From Lama glama (lineage: Eukaryota): a stretch of DNA of 64,000 nt. The first letter of the stretch is position 1. Each line of letters opens with the position of its first letter. The position numbers and the translations under genes were made by a program. The stretch lies in NCBI GenBank assembly GCA_028534125.1, contig CM052818.1, positions 27,592,001 through 27,656,000 on the forward strand, read 5' to 3'. Shown here piece after piece: positions 1-13,530 of the stretch. The notes beneath the pieces were generated by a model, which did no database searches, was not told where the DNA came from, and saw only the letters and a list, made by a program, of their open reading frames with translations.

Positions 1-349
1 ACTTTAGCAGTATATAAATGTAGAATGATAGCAAGGTGGAGAAAAGCCTGTGTTCCTACCAGCAGAGAGAGCATGTTCATTTTCTTGCACTTTTGCCAAC
101 ACTGAACATTACATGTGGTTGATTTTTTTAGATTTTCAAGTTTTCTGTATATAGTATTTTCCTGTAATTAAAAAAAAATTTTTTTTTTTACTTCCATGAC
201 TATGGTTACCAAAAAAGGTAGAATGGTATTTACTATTTTCAGCTGCCTAGAATTGACTCCTCTTTGTAAGGGCACCCAGTTTTCAGTTTTTATTCTGGGA
301 GAGTCACTTCTCCTGAACATGGTATGTGTCAATGGAAGAACAATGCCAG

Positions 350-781
350 TGCTGCAGGCTGAACTGTGTCCACGCACACGTACACGTACATGTACACACA
401 CACAGAGATTCGTATGTTGAAGACTTAATCCCTAGTACTTCAGAATGTAACTGCATTTGGAGATAAGGTCTTTAAAGATGTAAATTAGAATGAGGTAATT
501 AGGGTGATCTAATCCAATATGATGCTGCCTTTGTAAGAAGAGGAAACTGAGACACAGACATGTACAGAGGGAAGACAAAGATATGGAGAGAAGACGGCCG
601 TCTACAAAATGAGGGGAAATGCCTGAATCAGATCCTTCCGTCACAGCCCACAGTAGGAACCAACCCTGCAGACGTGTTGATGTTGGATTTCTAGCCTCTA
701 GAACTGCAAGAAAATAAATTTCTGTTGTGTGAGCCCCCTGATCTGTGGTGCTTTGTTACTGCAGCCCTAGAAAATGAACAT
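350..781 (+). mobile_element. MaLR solo LTR, MLT1A/B-like, with a (CA)n expansion at ~371-403
   Basis: MLT1 motifs 'tatgttgaag...cagaatgtaactgcatttggagataaggtctttaaaga' and 3' 'aaaataaatttctgttgt...tctgtggtgctttgttactgcagccctagaaaatgaaca'. Confidence 0.85.
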
Positions 782-829
782 AAGCAGGTTTCTGCTTCTC
801 CTTATGAAAGAAGAGGGGAGCAGATCCTT

Positions 830-1165
830 CCCCCAGGTAGAGCTGGGAGAAAGCTCATGATATAAGCTTGGCTGATCAGAAGCCACTCTCAAGACCCTGA
901 ACCCCACCCCGAGGTGGGTCAAGAGGCAGAGGTGCAGTTGGTGGTCCCTGGTGGCTGTGGCAGGGGTGGCAGCAGTGGCAGTACTCCACCCAGGTCACTG
1001 TGGCTGTGGACAGCTTGCTATGCCCCTGACTCTTTAGACAGCACCCCTACCTACCACCTGCCACCCCTCTTCTCACAATATTCCCCTCCCTACTAACATC
1101 CCTCCAGTAAATTCTCCAGTCAGGGTCTGATTCCATTGCTTTCTACCAGGATTCCCAACTAACAC
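830..1165 (+). mobile_element. ERVL LTR remnant, LTR33/LTR16-like
   Basis: GGCAGC-rich middle; 3' end 'ccagtaaattctcc...tgattccattgctttctaccaggattcccaactaacaca' resembles the LTR33-type terminus. Confidence 0.55.
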
Positions 1166-2079
1166 AGAAAGTCTATCCATTACTAAATAAATCATTTTGG
1201 CAGCAAAACTCAGGGTGGAGAAACTGTTCATTGTCCAGGTAACAAACATAAACATATCATTTACCTCCCTTCAGAAAAAAAACAACAGCACACTCCAGAA
1301 GGTAGGTATAAAATTGCCTTCTTCAATGGCTCAAGAAGCAAATTTTGAGACATGACTACTAAGAAAGATTTTCCCATAACTATTATGTTAGAGAGAACAC
1401 ACCTGCCTTTTCACATTTTTAACCATTCCTTGTAAAGTGAAATCTTACTGCATTTGTCCTTGCCTTCTTCACAATTTGAATTTAGCAAGTCACAGGTAAG
1501 GATCTGTGAAACTAATGGGACTTTTCACAATCTGAGGTGGCACTTAAGTGGTCAGGCTCTTTGGATCCAAGTTTTCTATTTCTATTCTGAGAAAGAACAA
1601 CACAGACAGACTTCTTTCTGCACTAGCCCACAGACCTGAAGTCAAAAACATAAAATCACATTATCTCAAAATCCTGAGCTGATACAACTAACTGCCTGGT
1701 ACCTGGATTTGCTACTATTTAAATAACTGTATGTTAATAATGTTGATTAATGATGCAGTACTACCCAAAGTAAATTTCTAACAAGATAATTTACCCTTGG
1801 TCTAATTCTGGTCAATAATTTTTTTAGTGACTTACACAAAGATGTAGGAAGTATGCTTTTCAAATTTAACAGGCACAAAACTGAAAGAGATAACCAATGT
1901 GTTAGATACACAAGTTAAAATTTTAAATGATACTGATGAACACAAAATGCAAACACAAAAAGACATTTTTAAATGTCTTGAATTCAGTATCAAAAATCTT
2001 GCATTTAGTACCAAAATTTCACTGGCAATATATGTGGCTTTTAAATGCTCCAGGCAAATCATTTAGCTGAGAAAAGTAT

Positions 2080-2355
2080 AAAGGAATCAGTTGAGATGTA
2101 GAAAACACACAAAGCAATACCCTACTCTTATAAGACTATTGATGTGTACATACACATGTATATGTGTGTGTACGTACTGAAACACATAAAATAAGAACCA
2201 GAAAGACAAATTCCAAATTGTTGAATGCTTATCCCTAGGGATACGTGTTTAGAAGGGAGAGGTGGGAAGGGTCTCTCTTGTTTGATTCTACATATTTATC
2301 TATGGTGTGAAACTATTACCAGAATAATTGATTCATGTATTAATTGTACAATAAA
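2080..2355 (+). mobile_element. Ancient L1 (L1ME-like) 3' UTR fragment
   Basis: 'ccaaattgttgaatgcttatccctaggga...tattaattgtacaataaaa' resembles an L1ME 3' end; highly diverged. Confidence 0.5.
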
Positions 2356-2920
2356 AGATTAATTGACCAAGTATATAAGGTGTTGGTTAAAAACTCTGAA
2401 TTTCACCTTAGCTTTAAGATAAAATTTTTATGCCCAAATTACAGGAAGAATTAGTTCCAGGCTTCACTGGGTTAGTCAAACTTCATCAGGAAAAATGTAT
2501 TTGATCCTCAGAAGAACATTTGCCAAAATAAGGTGTATACAGGAGAGGAAATACGTAATGGTTAGGAATTTAGAATCCATTGCATATATTGGGAGAAACT
2601 AAACTAACACAAAAAAGAACAAATTAAGAGGTGATTGAAGACTTCGAAAATATTTCAAATGACATCAAAAAAGGGGTCAAGAGTTTTAAGTAGAGGGTGC
2701 AGCTAGACTCAGTGGAATTACAGGAAGGCAGGTGTTAGGTCACTAACAGAGCTTCACCCTTCATCTCTGGGTGGGGCTAGGTGACCATTTGACAAAGATG
2801 CTGTAAAAAGAATGCCTCTGCTCTGGGATAACACTAATTATATTTTGTCTAGGCTCATCTCTAGTAACTTTTGTCTGGAGTACACTTTCTTCATAGGTTC
2901 AAATTATCACGCTCATGTTC

Positions 2921-3355
2921 TGTATTTGTTTCCTAGGTGGCCCATATGAAACTACCACAAACTGAGTGGCTTAAAACAGAAATTTATCGTCTCACAGTTC
3001 TAGAGGCCAGAAGTCTGAAATCAAAGCATCAGCAGGACCATCCTCTCTCCAAAGCCTCTAGGGGAGACTGCTTCCTTGAATCTTCTGACTCTTGTGGTTG
3101 CTATTAATCCTTAACATTCCTTGACCTGCAGATCAATCACTCAGTTCTCTGTCTCCGTCTTCACATGGCCTTCTCTCCTGTCTGTGTCTCTATTGATTCT
3201 TACGAAAACCCCAGTCATTGAACTCACCCTAATGCAGCATCTTGATTTAACCAATTACATCTGCAAAGACTTTATTTCCAAAGAAGGTTATAGTCTGAGG
3301 CTCCAGGTAGACATTTGTGTGTGTGTGGGAGGGAGACATTATTCAACCCAGTACA
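2921..3355 (-). mobile_element. MaLR solo LTR, MLT1C-like, with 5-bp TSD
   Basis: TG...CA termini; 'ccacaaactgagtggcttaaaacagaaatttatcgtctcacagttctagaggccagaagtctgaaatcaa'; TSD tgttc at 2916-2920 and 3356-3360. Confidence 0.9.
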
Positions 3356-4286
3356 TGTTCAAATTATCATGAATTCTGAAACACTTGACACTGAATGAGT
3401 TTGTTCTATACTTGAAGCCCAAGCCTGTGCTCATAATTCTGAAGGTAAACAGAATAACCATGGAGATGAGAAATGAAAGGGATAGCGGAACCACTGCATA
3501 CGGGCAATGCAGAAGAGTCTGAGGTCTGGAGCAAGAATAAATAAATATGAAGGAAGCAAAGTGCAAAGGCAAGGGACTTTCTATGAAATTGGTATGATGT
3601 TTTATATTTGTAATTTTCATGTTCTTAGGTGTCCTGGCAGCATGTACATGGTATGTGCATGATATATCTCTGTAAATATATATATATATACATATTAAAA
3701 TTAGTTCACTTTCTTTGTAATCAAAGATAATGCTATTAAGAAAGCAGCCTATTTGTGCTTATAGATGTGGACGTCGGGGCCATCTCTCTATGAACAGCCA
3801 CTTCCTGGCATCCCACTGCAGCAGATTACTGAGAGCTGGAATGATTCCCAGGAAAGTAGATAGGAATTTACTTTATTTTCTCATTAAAGTCAGGCAATTG
3901 CAGCGTAAAGTATAAATTATGCCTCCACTTAAATTACATGCTTTCTTTTAACCAAGGGAGAATTCTTTTCTGTTGTAATCTTCACAAGTGTATCTATAAA
4001 TCCATAAATGAAAGGGAAAGTTTTTTATATTCCCAAATAAATACCAGCATGAGATTTTGCAGCATGCTAACATTTAATCTTGCCTCACTGAGAAATGACT
4101 ATTCCATGTGAGTGATTTTTCTAGTTAATTGTCAGAAGCTCCTGATAGAGCTCTTTTTCTTTGAAATTTCAGCCATACTGATGAGACTACCATGTAGATG
4201 TATTACACTTGCCTGCACTGGTGAATAGAGCGCAGTAGATTCTATCTAACATTTTTTTCTTATGATTTTAATTGGAAGTTACACAT

Positions 4287-5114
4287 TGGTAGTGGGCTGA
4301 ATGGTGGCCCCCAAAAGATTTGTTCACGTCTGGTCTGGGCTGCACTGTGCCCGCCGCCTCTAATTTGTATGTTGAAGTCCTAACTCCCAGTATGTCAGGA
4401 TGTGACTGCCTGTGGAGATAAGGTCTTTCAGGAGGAAATTAAGTTAAAGCGGGTCCTTTAGGCTGAGCCAATATGACTAGAGTCCTTATAAGAAAAGGAA
4501 ATTTGGACACACAAATGGGGCACAGGGACACAGTGCAGAGAGGAAAGAACACACAAGGACATGATGAGAAGAGGGTGGTCTGCAAACCAAAGAGCGAGGC
4601 CTCAGGAGATATCAAATCTGCCGACACCTTGATCTTAGGCTGTTAGCCTCCAGGACTGTGAGACAATGAACTTCTGAGGTTTAAGGTACCTAATATGTGG
4701 TTGTCTGTTTAGCAGCCCTAGCAAATCAATACAATGCTCAAACCTCTAGAATCTGTGCATAGTACCTTACATGACAAAAGAATGAATATACCTTATATGG
4801 CCAAAGATATGATTAAGTTAAGAATCTTGAAGAAAGGAGCTTATCCTGGATTATGTGCGTACACACCAAATGCCATCACAAGTATCCTTACAAGAGAGAG
4901 GCAGATGGAGTTTAGAGAAGAAGAAGGTGATGTGAAATGCTGCAACCACTAGCCAAGGAATGCCAACAGCCGCCAGAACCTGAAAGAGCCAAGGAACAGA
5001 AGAGGCTCTAGAGGGAGTTCGGCCCTGCCAACTGCTGGCCACCAGAACTGTGGGGAAACAGATTTCTGTTTAAATTTGTGTTTAATTGTTATGGCAGGCT
5101 CAGGAAACTAATAC
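4287..5114 (+). mobile_element. MLT1D-like MaLR LTR split by a nested MLT1B-like LTR
   Basis: 5' piece 'tagtgggctgaatggtggcccccaaaagat' resumes at ~4734 ('ctagaatctgtg...tgattaagttaagaatcttga...ttatcctggattat') and ends 'caggaaactaataca'. Confidence 0.85.
4331..4733 (+). mobile_element. MLT1B-like solo LTR nested in the MLT1D-like LTR
   Basis: 'tatgttgaagtcctaactcccagta...ggagataaggtcttt...gcagccctagcaaatcaataca'. Confidence 0.85.
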
Positions 5115-5282
5115 AGGGACATACTTGGCTTTAACGCACTGATGTTCTATGACTTAGTGCATGGAGTCTCTAATGACTACCCTGCACTTGACCGTAATGG
5201 AAGCACTTGCTCTTTTTCTGGCTGTGTCAGTGATGAACACGTTATTTTCATAGATTCACTCATTTAACATGAAAGTAGACAC

Positions 5283-5903
5283 ACAGTATGGAGACTCCTT
5301 AAAAAACTAAAAATAGACTTACCATATGATCCAGCAATCCCATTCCTGGGCATATATCCAGAGAAAATTCCAATTCAGCAAGACACATGCACCCCAATGT
5401 TCACAGCAGCATTATTTACAGTAGCCAAGACATGGAAGCAACCTGATTGTCCACCAACAGAGGACTGGATAAAGAAGTTGTTGGAGATATATATATAAAT
5501 ATAAATATAAATAATATAAATATAAATATATATCTCAGCCATAAAAAAGAATGAAATAATGCCATAATGCCATCTGCAGTAGCGTGGATGGACCTGCAGA
5601 TTATCATATTAAATGATGTAAGCCAGAAAAAGACAAATACCATGTGATATCACTTCTATGTAGAATCTAAAAAAATGACACAAATGAACTTATTTACAAA
5701 ATAGAAACAGACTCACAGACATAGAAAATAAACTAATGGTTACTGGGGGGAAAGGGAGGCATAAATTGAGAATTTAGGATTTGCAGATACTAGCTACTAT
5801 ACACAAAATAGATAAGCAACAAGGTCCTACTGTATAGTACAGGGAACTATACTCAGTATCTTGTAGTAACCCATAGTGAAAAAGGACATGAAAAAGAAAA
5901 AAA
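5283..5903 (+). mobile_element. L1 3' fragment (ORF2 C-terminus plus 3' UTR), cetartiodactyl type, lacking the last ~80 nt
   Basis: 'ttaccatatgatccagcaatcccattcctgggcatatatccagag', 'aaacagactcacagacatagaaaa'; ends in an A-tract; degraded TSD aaagtagacac (5272-5282) / aaagtatgcac (5904-5914). Confidence 0.9.
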
Positions 5904-6634
5904 AAAGTATGCACCATAAATTACTTTTGAGAATCAAAAGGTATTAGGAACTTCCCTATCCCCCACCACTTTCCTTTTCTCAATTCTTTTAATCTATTTT
6001 TTTCTAAAATTTATTAAATAATGGTCCATATACTTAATAATTAAATTTATTTTAAATTAATATTAGATCATTAAGAACAACTCTATGTGCAAAGTTTATG
6101 GCTTCACAAGTATCATTTTCTTTTTCTGACACCAGCTCCTTCATGTTTCAGATAAATACTACGTTGTTTATCATATTTTTGAGGTTTCCAGAAGGTTTCC
6201 ACAAGTCTGATTACCAGCTATGAACACATGAGTGTAAATTTATCAAATGACTTCCTAAAAAATTGTTTTATGTTTTCCCGAAAGGAAATTTTATCCTGTA
6301 AGTGTTTTATTTAGTATCTTTGTTGATTCTTTCAGAGCCTGTTTAAGATTTTGAAAATCTAGACAATCCTTTTGATTCATCTGAAGCCAAAGAATGGAGT
6401 CTGGATTGCCAACATAAAAGTAAATTTGCTTCAGCATAATTTTAACTAAAAACAGAATTACAGTGCTTAACAAAGAAAAACTCTTTGGAAAAACAATACA
6501 GTAGCTTAAAATTTTTACTATGAATAATTAGTAACCAAGGTCATAACATTGGCAATCAACTTTAATCTTATAAGTATTTAACATGTGGCTACTTGATGCC
6601 ATGCATCCTGCTAGAAGCTAAGTGCTAGAGATTC

Positions 6635-6760
6635 ATATAATATATGTGAATTCATGTATGTATATATTCATATATATATTATACACACACATATATGTAT
6701 ATACATACAATGATTTCATGTAACATATAAATCTTTATATATTACATAAAAGATAATATA
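6635..6760. repeat. (TA/CA)n low-complexity microsatellite
   Basis: Direct reading: 'tatatattcatatatatattatacacacacatatatgtatatacata'. Confidence 0.8.
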
Positions 6761-7044
6761 CGAAAGACTCTCTGGTTCTTTGGACATCCAGGAGCAGAAA
6801 TTAGCAGAAGTAGCCTGTTGTCTTAGAGTCCAGTGAATAAAAGGACAAGAAGTGCCCCACGAGTGGCAGGCCAAAGCAGTCTCAGTGCTCAAAGCTGAGA
6901 CTGGAACGAGGGTCTAACAACTGTGCAAGGAACCTGAAAAAACCTGTGGTTGAAAGCTACCTGGAGCTAGAAGTTAAGTGAACCTGTGATCTAAAGGTGA
7001 TAGACTGGACCCCAAGGTCATGAACAAGAGCAAACCATCCTCTA

Positions 7045-7320
7045 AAACAGACTCACAGATATAGAGAGCAAACTAGTGGTTATCAGCAGGGAGACGGACT
7101 CAGAGGAACAAACTCCGGTGTAAAAAATAAGCTACAAGGATACATTGCACAGCATAGGGAATATAGCCAATATTTTATAATAATTTTAAATGGAGTATAA
7201 TCTATAAAAATTCTGAATCACTACGTTTTACACCCAAAACTAATATAAACATCATAAACCAACTATTGATATAAATAAATAAATGATATTTTATTTACTA
7301 TTAATTAAAAAAATAAATAA
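7045..7320 (+). mobile_element. L1 3' UTR fragment with (TAAA)n tail
   Basis: 'aaacagactcacagatatagagagcaaactagtggtta...agggaatatagccaatattttataataa...tgaatcact'. Confidence 0.85.
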
Positions 7321-8339
7321 ATGCATGATAGTTTCATAACCTCCTGGGAAGACAGACATTTCCTCCATTCTAGCATCTAGGATATAGCTTAAACAAGTGA
7401 CAATTCAAATATGCCTTTCTTGATTCTTTAGTCCATTCCTCAACATTATCCACATGTTGATATTTCATTAATTAAAATAGAACCTGGATCTTTAAAGCAC
7501 GCTGCCAAGTCTGATACCAATTTCGTTAAATCAATCATTTTCTAATCTCTTGAAATCTTTTCCAACTTTATGCCTTAAAAATAGGTCATTATCCAAAAAT
7601 TCTAGATAGCACCTGGAGACAGAAGCATTGGCCAAAATGAAATGAGCCTACCACAGAAAGTTCTGCTACTCTCTTGTAAAAAAACTGAGTTATATATAAC
7701 GCTATTTGAAAAGCACAAATTAAATGGTAACATTAGACTAAGGGTGTCTCATCATAGAAATTTTAATTTCATCCTTAGTTCTGCTATTTGACTTCCGCTG
7801 TCTTATTAGTAAGTTTTATGACTTAAAAGCTCAACATAAAAGATTTCAATCCCAATTTTTTCTGACTTTAACATGCCCCAGAAGTATAAAATTCTTTCTT
7901 TTTCATTCCTACAGGGGGAGTATAACAGTTATATTATTCCTAGTGAGCTTCCCCAATTTTAGCATTCAATCTGAGTCAACTCAGATAACAAATCTTTGTG
8001 CTACATCTGCACTCAAATCAGACATTTAATTTTCAGGATACCGTATCTTAATCAGTCATCCGGGGACTCTTATCTATCTTCAGTCTCGCTGTTTCAGAGG
8101 TAATTGGCATTACCAGAGCACTGAGGTTATTTCTACTCTAATCTCAATGTTAGCAAATTAGTGTATCTGAAATCACAGATATAAAATGACCCTGAGTGTT
8201 TAACCTGAGAGGTGGTGGGGCCAAGACCCACTTTGCATAAACTTATGAATGGAACCCTCTATAAGAATAGGAAGAAACACAGTGCTTCCGTTTTTCATAG
8301 GAAAAATAATAAAGCCATTCACATCCACCAGATAAACAC

Positions 8340-8485
8340 TAATTCCAAAATTCCGCCCTGTGATGAAAATACTTCCACCACGGTCAAATTTAAGCTTCCA
8401 GCATGATGTCACTGAACACAGAGTTGGGAAGAGATGCCAACAAACAGCTCTTGTGCCCATGTGAGCTGATTCCAGCACCCCACTG
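8340..8485 (-). mobile_element. MER63-like hAT DNA transposon fragment
   Basis: Reverse complement reads 'cagtggggtgctggaatcagctc...catctcttcccaactctgtgttcagtgacatcatgctggaagcttaaatttgaccgtggtggaagtatttt', matching the recalled MER63 terminus. Confidence 0.7.
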
Positions 8486-11400
8486 TGCCAAGACACAAAA
8501 GAAGACAGTCAAAAAATATGTAAGTGCCTGTGAGGTACCAGCCATACCATGCCTTGACCACACAAAGTCGTACAGGGACAAGAGATATGTTTCACTCACT
8601 TCTGTATTTTCCCAGAATGCCAACTCTAGTGTGGGTTAAACAGTGGATGCTCAAAACACGTGTGAAGAGAACTAGTAAAGTCACTCACAGAGTTCATGCT
8701 CAGTGTCTATTCTGTATGAGTCCTTCAAGATTCACCTCAGAGCTCACCCAAACCTCAGCCTACATTTTTCAACATACCAACACTGATGTCCAAGATACAT
8801 TTGTATCTTCTGCCAGTCCTGCTGGTTTATTACTTAATCCAGTTTCTCTCAGCTTTCAAGCTGGATTCCTTTCTTGGCTACAATTTCACCTCTCTCTCAG
8901 TTCCCTGGCCCTCTGTGGCTTCCAGGTCCTTCTGTCCCCTGTGCTACCTTACGTAGCTCCCACTAGGTCATCAACGCAAGTGGGACCCAGATCCTCAGAA
9001 CACTCTTAACACACCTTTTTCTGACTCGTCTTGCTGTTTGACTCTGTCTTCTTTGAGCATTGTCCTTTGAGAATAGTAAAATTCATTCAACTTTTCTTGA
9101 CTCTAATCTCTTGAGTCTCACTCCCTAAGGCGCTTGCTGGTGCCAAGCACAGCTTCCTCCTGAATTCCCTTAGTGTTCCTAGCTCCTCAGGTGCAGCTGC
9201 TCTTTAATTTGGCATCATGCTGAGTTACTCTTGGAAATTCCTTTTAATTAGTCATATTTGAATCTGATTTTATGTGACTATTCCTTGAGGTATGATACTG
9301 ATTGACTCTTTTTTTAATGAGACAAATTAATAAAATGTCCACTGATTCGATTTGCCTACACTTAGTGAGCCATCCTCTTTCAAAATAGGCTCCAATCAAA
9401 GCCACAAATCTTTAAATCACTGGGTTACCTCACAATGATTGTTATTCTTTTTCATATTTCAATCACTCTATTCCATCTTTCCCCAAAATGTAAAGAGCAA
9501 GAATGTCACTCCATTCTGTAAATTAAAGCCTAGAGGAAAATTAGGAAAGAAGCTGCAGCTCACTTTAAGTAAACCCAGTAACAAAAATTTAAACTAAAGA
9601 CCAAGAAACTGTGTAGGTGTTACGACAGTACCAAAATTTTCACTCTAAGATTCCTTTGGAACCTCCCTCCTCTGCTTTCCATAGCTTGTTTCTAAAATTG
9701 TTAGACTGCTACTGTCAAGGAGTCAGACCCTGCTCTCATGGAGTTTAGTGAAACTAGGACACAGAGCACAATGAACTCCAAGCCTAGTCAAGTCAAGCAG
9801 TGGCAAAACAGAATTCAGACCCAGCCACCTGCTGACTTGGGAAATGTGGCCTCCAGGACCTGAGGGCTAGCTGGTGCTGAATCCTGAAAGTCTGACCCAG
9901 GTCATCAAGCCTAAGAAGTACAGGAGTGAAGCCAAGGAATTAAGCGAGAACTCCAAGTCCAGCCTCAGAGAGAAGAAGGTAAAACTGGAAAATCAAACCA
10001 CGCACAGAGGGGTACCTGAGGGTCTCAAAGATCCGCCATGGCTGCCTCTGGTGGGGGCCTTTCCAGCCATACACTTGTGACCGGGTTAACACCTATTATG
10101 CATGGAGTCCTTGCAGAAATATGAATCTCTTCAGGCTAAATGTATTAATATTGTTTAACTTTAGAAATAAGGGCTTACATTTTCATGTATGAATCTACTG
10201 TTTAACATTTATGAATCAGTCCATTGTTACTGTGTGGTGGAGGCTTACTTGAAATGGTGAAGGTCTGATGGAATCTGGCACTCTAAATTTTAATAAGAAA
10301 TAGTGGGAAATAATCTCAACAAAATAAATAGTATAAGAGATCAGTGATCTAAAGAGGTTTTTTAGGTAGATTTTTTGTTAAACAGTTTAATTTTTATAAA
10401 AATTCATAAAATGTGAAGGATGATGATTTAAATTGAATAATTTTTAAAATGTTATCCTTTTTAGTGAATGATATTTTATAATCAAAACTTGGAACTTATA
10501 ATCAAATTCCAAAGTCAGGAGTACACAATTTTTAAAAAGTGTATATTGAGATAATATTTAAGCTAAAGAGTCAAGTTTTGTCAGATGCCTGAAATGTACC
10601 ACCTAGATGTACCAGCAAACTAAAGGGACCCCAAAGAGGGCCTGAAATTACAGGGTTCCTAAACCATCATTTATATCCCCCATTTATGAAGTCACAAAGC
10701 TCTTGGTTACCTCAGTACATTGGTCCTTCATCAGGTTACTATCAATATAGGGTTTTTAAGATTTTAGTCAGAAAATTATGAATTCTGGGCTTTACCTGTC
10801 TTTTGGCATCAAAATAATACTTCCCAGAGGGTCAGTCACTATTTTACAAGCAGATGTAGAACACCAATAAATGAAAACTTAGAGGAAAAAACCACCAAGT
10901 CTTTTTTTTAAACCACCAAGTCTTTTGAGTTATGGAAATTACAAAATAAAACTTTCCCACTCTGGAGATGGCATTGCCAGCATGTATTTTTAGTTATAAA
11001 CATGCCACAATTCAGCTTTGCACACAAATCTCCATAACCACCTTCTTTTTCATAAAAGGGCAGAATTTGTCTGCCTTGCCTTTCATCAGTACATCCCTGC
11101 GAGGTCTACTGCAGTTGGGTAGTGGTAAACAGTGTCAGGAAAACAAGCTTCAATCATGTACAAAGCATCAGGAGAGGTGGGACCCAGGACCACATGTCTG
11201 TGATGTTGCCATCTCCCACCAAGTTCACCAAAACAGGCACCAAATCAGCACAGGCCTCGTTTAGTCCGTGACTAAGGCAACGGCTTCAAACAAATTCTAT
11301 CAGGTCACCAGGCTTATCCCAGATCACCTCAGAGAAGCTTCAGAAGGACAAAATAAATAAATCACCTGAACAAGAGACATTCCAACTTCCAAGACTATCC

Positions 11401-13339
11401 TGGCACAAAGAGGAGAATGCGTCTCAGTGAGTAGTGATCTAATGTATTTAGTAATAGATAGTGCATTCATTATAAAATACATTGTCTACCTCTTTTCCTA
11501 CAGCCCCTTACCAGCACTCCTTAGCCACCAAGCGATAAATTAACAGTACTAAGGCTGCAGCAAGTAGTCTCAAATCTCAGTATCAAAGTCTGTTTCCTGG
11601 GCTCGCACCTGGGTGACTGCCGGTTCTGCTTATCTGCCAGCCTAGCTCTAGTTAGGGAGGTGTCCATTCTCGAAATAGCTCCCGATGGGCCCCATGCTAC
11701 CACGCAACAGACATCATCAGCATTGTCTCAGGAATTTTTCTTGTTTTCCATTTAACTTCTATGAGCCATTATTTTTAAGCAGTTCATATATTTTGGAGCA
11801 GATTTCACATTGTCATTTAGTGGAAAAGTTAGTGTGCTTCTATTATGAAAAGTATTTGGATACCATGAGGTATCCAAAAAGGGCATGGTCCGTGTATCCC
11901 AATTTGACTCTGTTTGTACCTCATTGACCCTTCTTCTTGTAAGCATTTGCCTTAATTTCCATGGAGCAGACATATGAACAAGTTCCCATGAACTAACTTT
12001 GGGCAACTTGACATTAGGGAGGCAGTGAGAAGCAGAAAGTCTCTCTCAAGTCCATTCAGCAAGAATCCACTGAGTACTTACAATTTCCCTACACTATGCT
12101 AAGCATCCTAAGGCAAATACATTTCTAAAAAAGATTCTTTGACTCCAACTTACTTATAATCGTGTTGCGGGAATTCATACATTAATTGGCAAACAACAAA
12201 GGAGGCAGAATATGATTGATGCAAGAAATCCCCCTACGCATACATGCTCCAGCTTCTGGAATGTGAGAGGACGCCAAGACTGTGAATTCCATCTTCCCTC
12301 TCTTCTTCCAAAAATGGCCCTATCCTTTCAAAATATACTGGACCTTCAAACTCTTAAGAAAAATGCTTAACATTCCAAATAATTATCCCCACTTTTCCCT
12401 CACATCATTAGGCAGTTGGCATTTTTCTTCATATATGGAGGGATGAAGGAGGAAACTGGAAATGAGGTCAGTATTATGGAGTTTCAGTGGAAGGATGTGG
12501 AGGAGTACAAATTCTATGCACGTGCTTTAAGGAACTGTGAGATAGCTGGCTGAGGGCAGGAACATGAGAACAACACCAGAAGGTTCAGTTTCCTGCTCAG
12601 AAGAAAATCGAAGGAGCGTGTATCTGATGAGACTGATGGAAAATTGGCCCATGGAGTTACAAGACTGGTGACAAGTCGATGTGAAAAAAAAAACCCACCT
12701 CACCCATCAGTCATTCTATTTGAGCGGCATCCAGCATAAGTATAGCCAGTACTAACTGACTATGCAAAAGGATCATACATCATTACCATTTAATCTGTAA
12801 CAGTGTTCTTCAATTTAGTTAGAGTGGATAATCCTACATGAACAAATTAGCAACTTAAATTATTACATACATAAATGCAGCGAAGGACATGATATTTAGA
12901 GTCATCATTTTTAATAGAAAAATGTGTCCGTAGGGAACCCTCTCCACAAGCTATACCAGCACAGTAATTGCAACCATGACTAACTTTGGTTAAGTGGAAT
13001 TCATCAGAAGTCCAGTAGCTTAAGTCACCCAGAAGCAGAATTTGGTTGAGATGTTATGTTCAGGCTAACCTATCCTGATAATGTGTATTATGACTCGATC
13101 CCACAGATAATATCTATGTGGGTAACTTAATAAGCATTTTATGCTAGCTTCGTAACTTGATTCAATGGAGAAGGAATACAGACCGGGCAGTGGATGAGAG
13201 GACTATTAATCGGAAGTGATAGGTTTCCAAAACTTAGCTCCTTCGTGCTCATCCAGGGCACCGATTCAAACCCTACACAAGGAATGTGATGTCCACACAT
13301 ATATCATTAGATTCACTTTCCAAAATGCCAACAACTCCC

Positions 13340-13530
13340 AGTAATTGAATACTCACTGTAGGCTTAGTTTATAAACACTAAGTCTAATCTTGCAACAACC
13401 CTGTAACATAGGCTTCGCTGCTGTACCCATTTTATAAATGAGGAAGTAGAGACTCAGAAGAGTTAAATGAGTTGCAAGGTCACATAGGTAGTAAATAACC
13501 AAGACAGGACTGGGATGTGGGTCTGAGGAT
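13340..13530 (-). mobile_element. MIR SINE
   Basis: Core 'cccattttataaatgaggaagtagagactcagaagagttaaatgagttgcaaggtcacata'. Confidence 0.85.

Noticed and set aside
8524..9009. Longest ORF in the track (161 aa)
   Set aside because: Starts at GTG, has no recognisable domain, is Ser/Leu-biased and has no exon context; consistent with chance.
10038..10124. Strong Kozak context (ccgccATGG) followed by a 28-aa ORF (MAASGGGLSS…)
   Set aside because: No promoter or CpG island, no homology recognised, and it probably lies in a decayed repeat.
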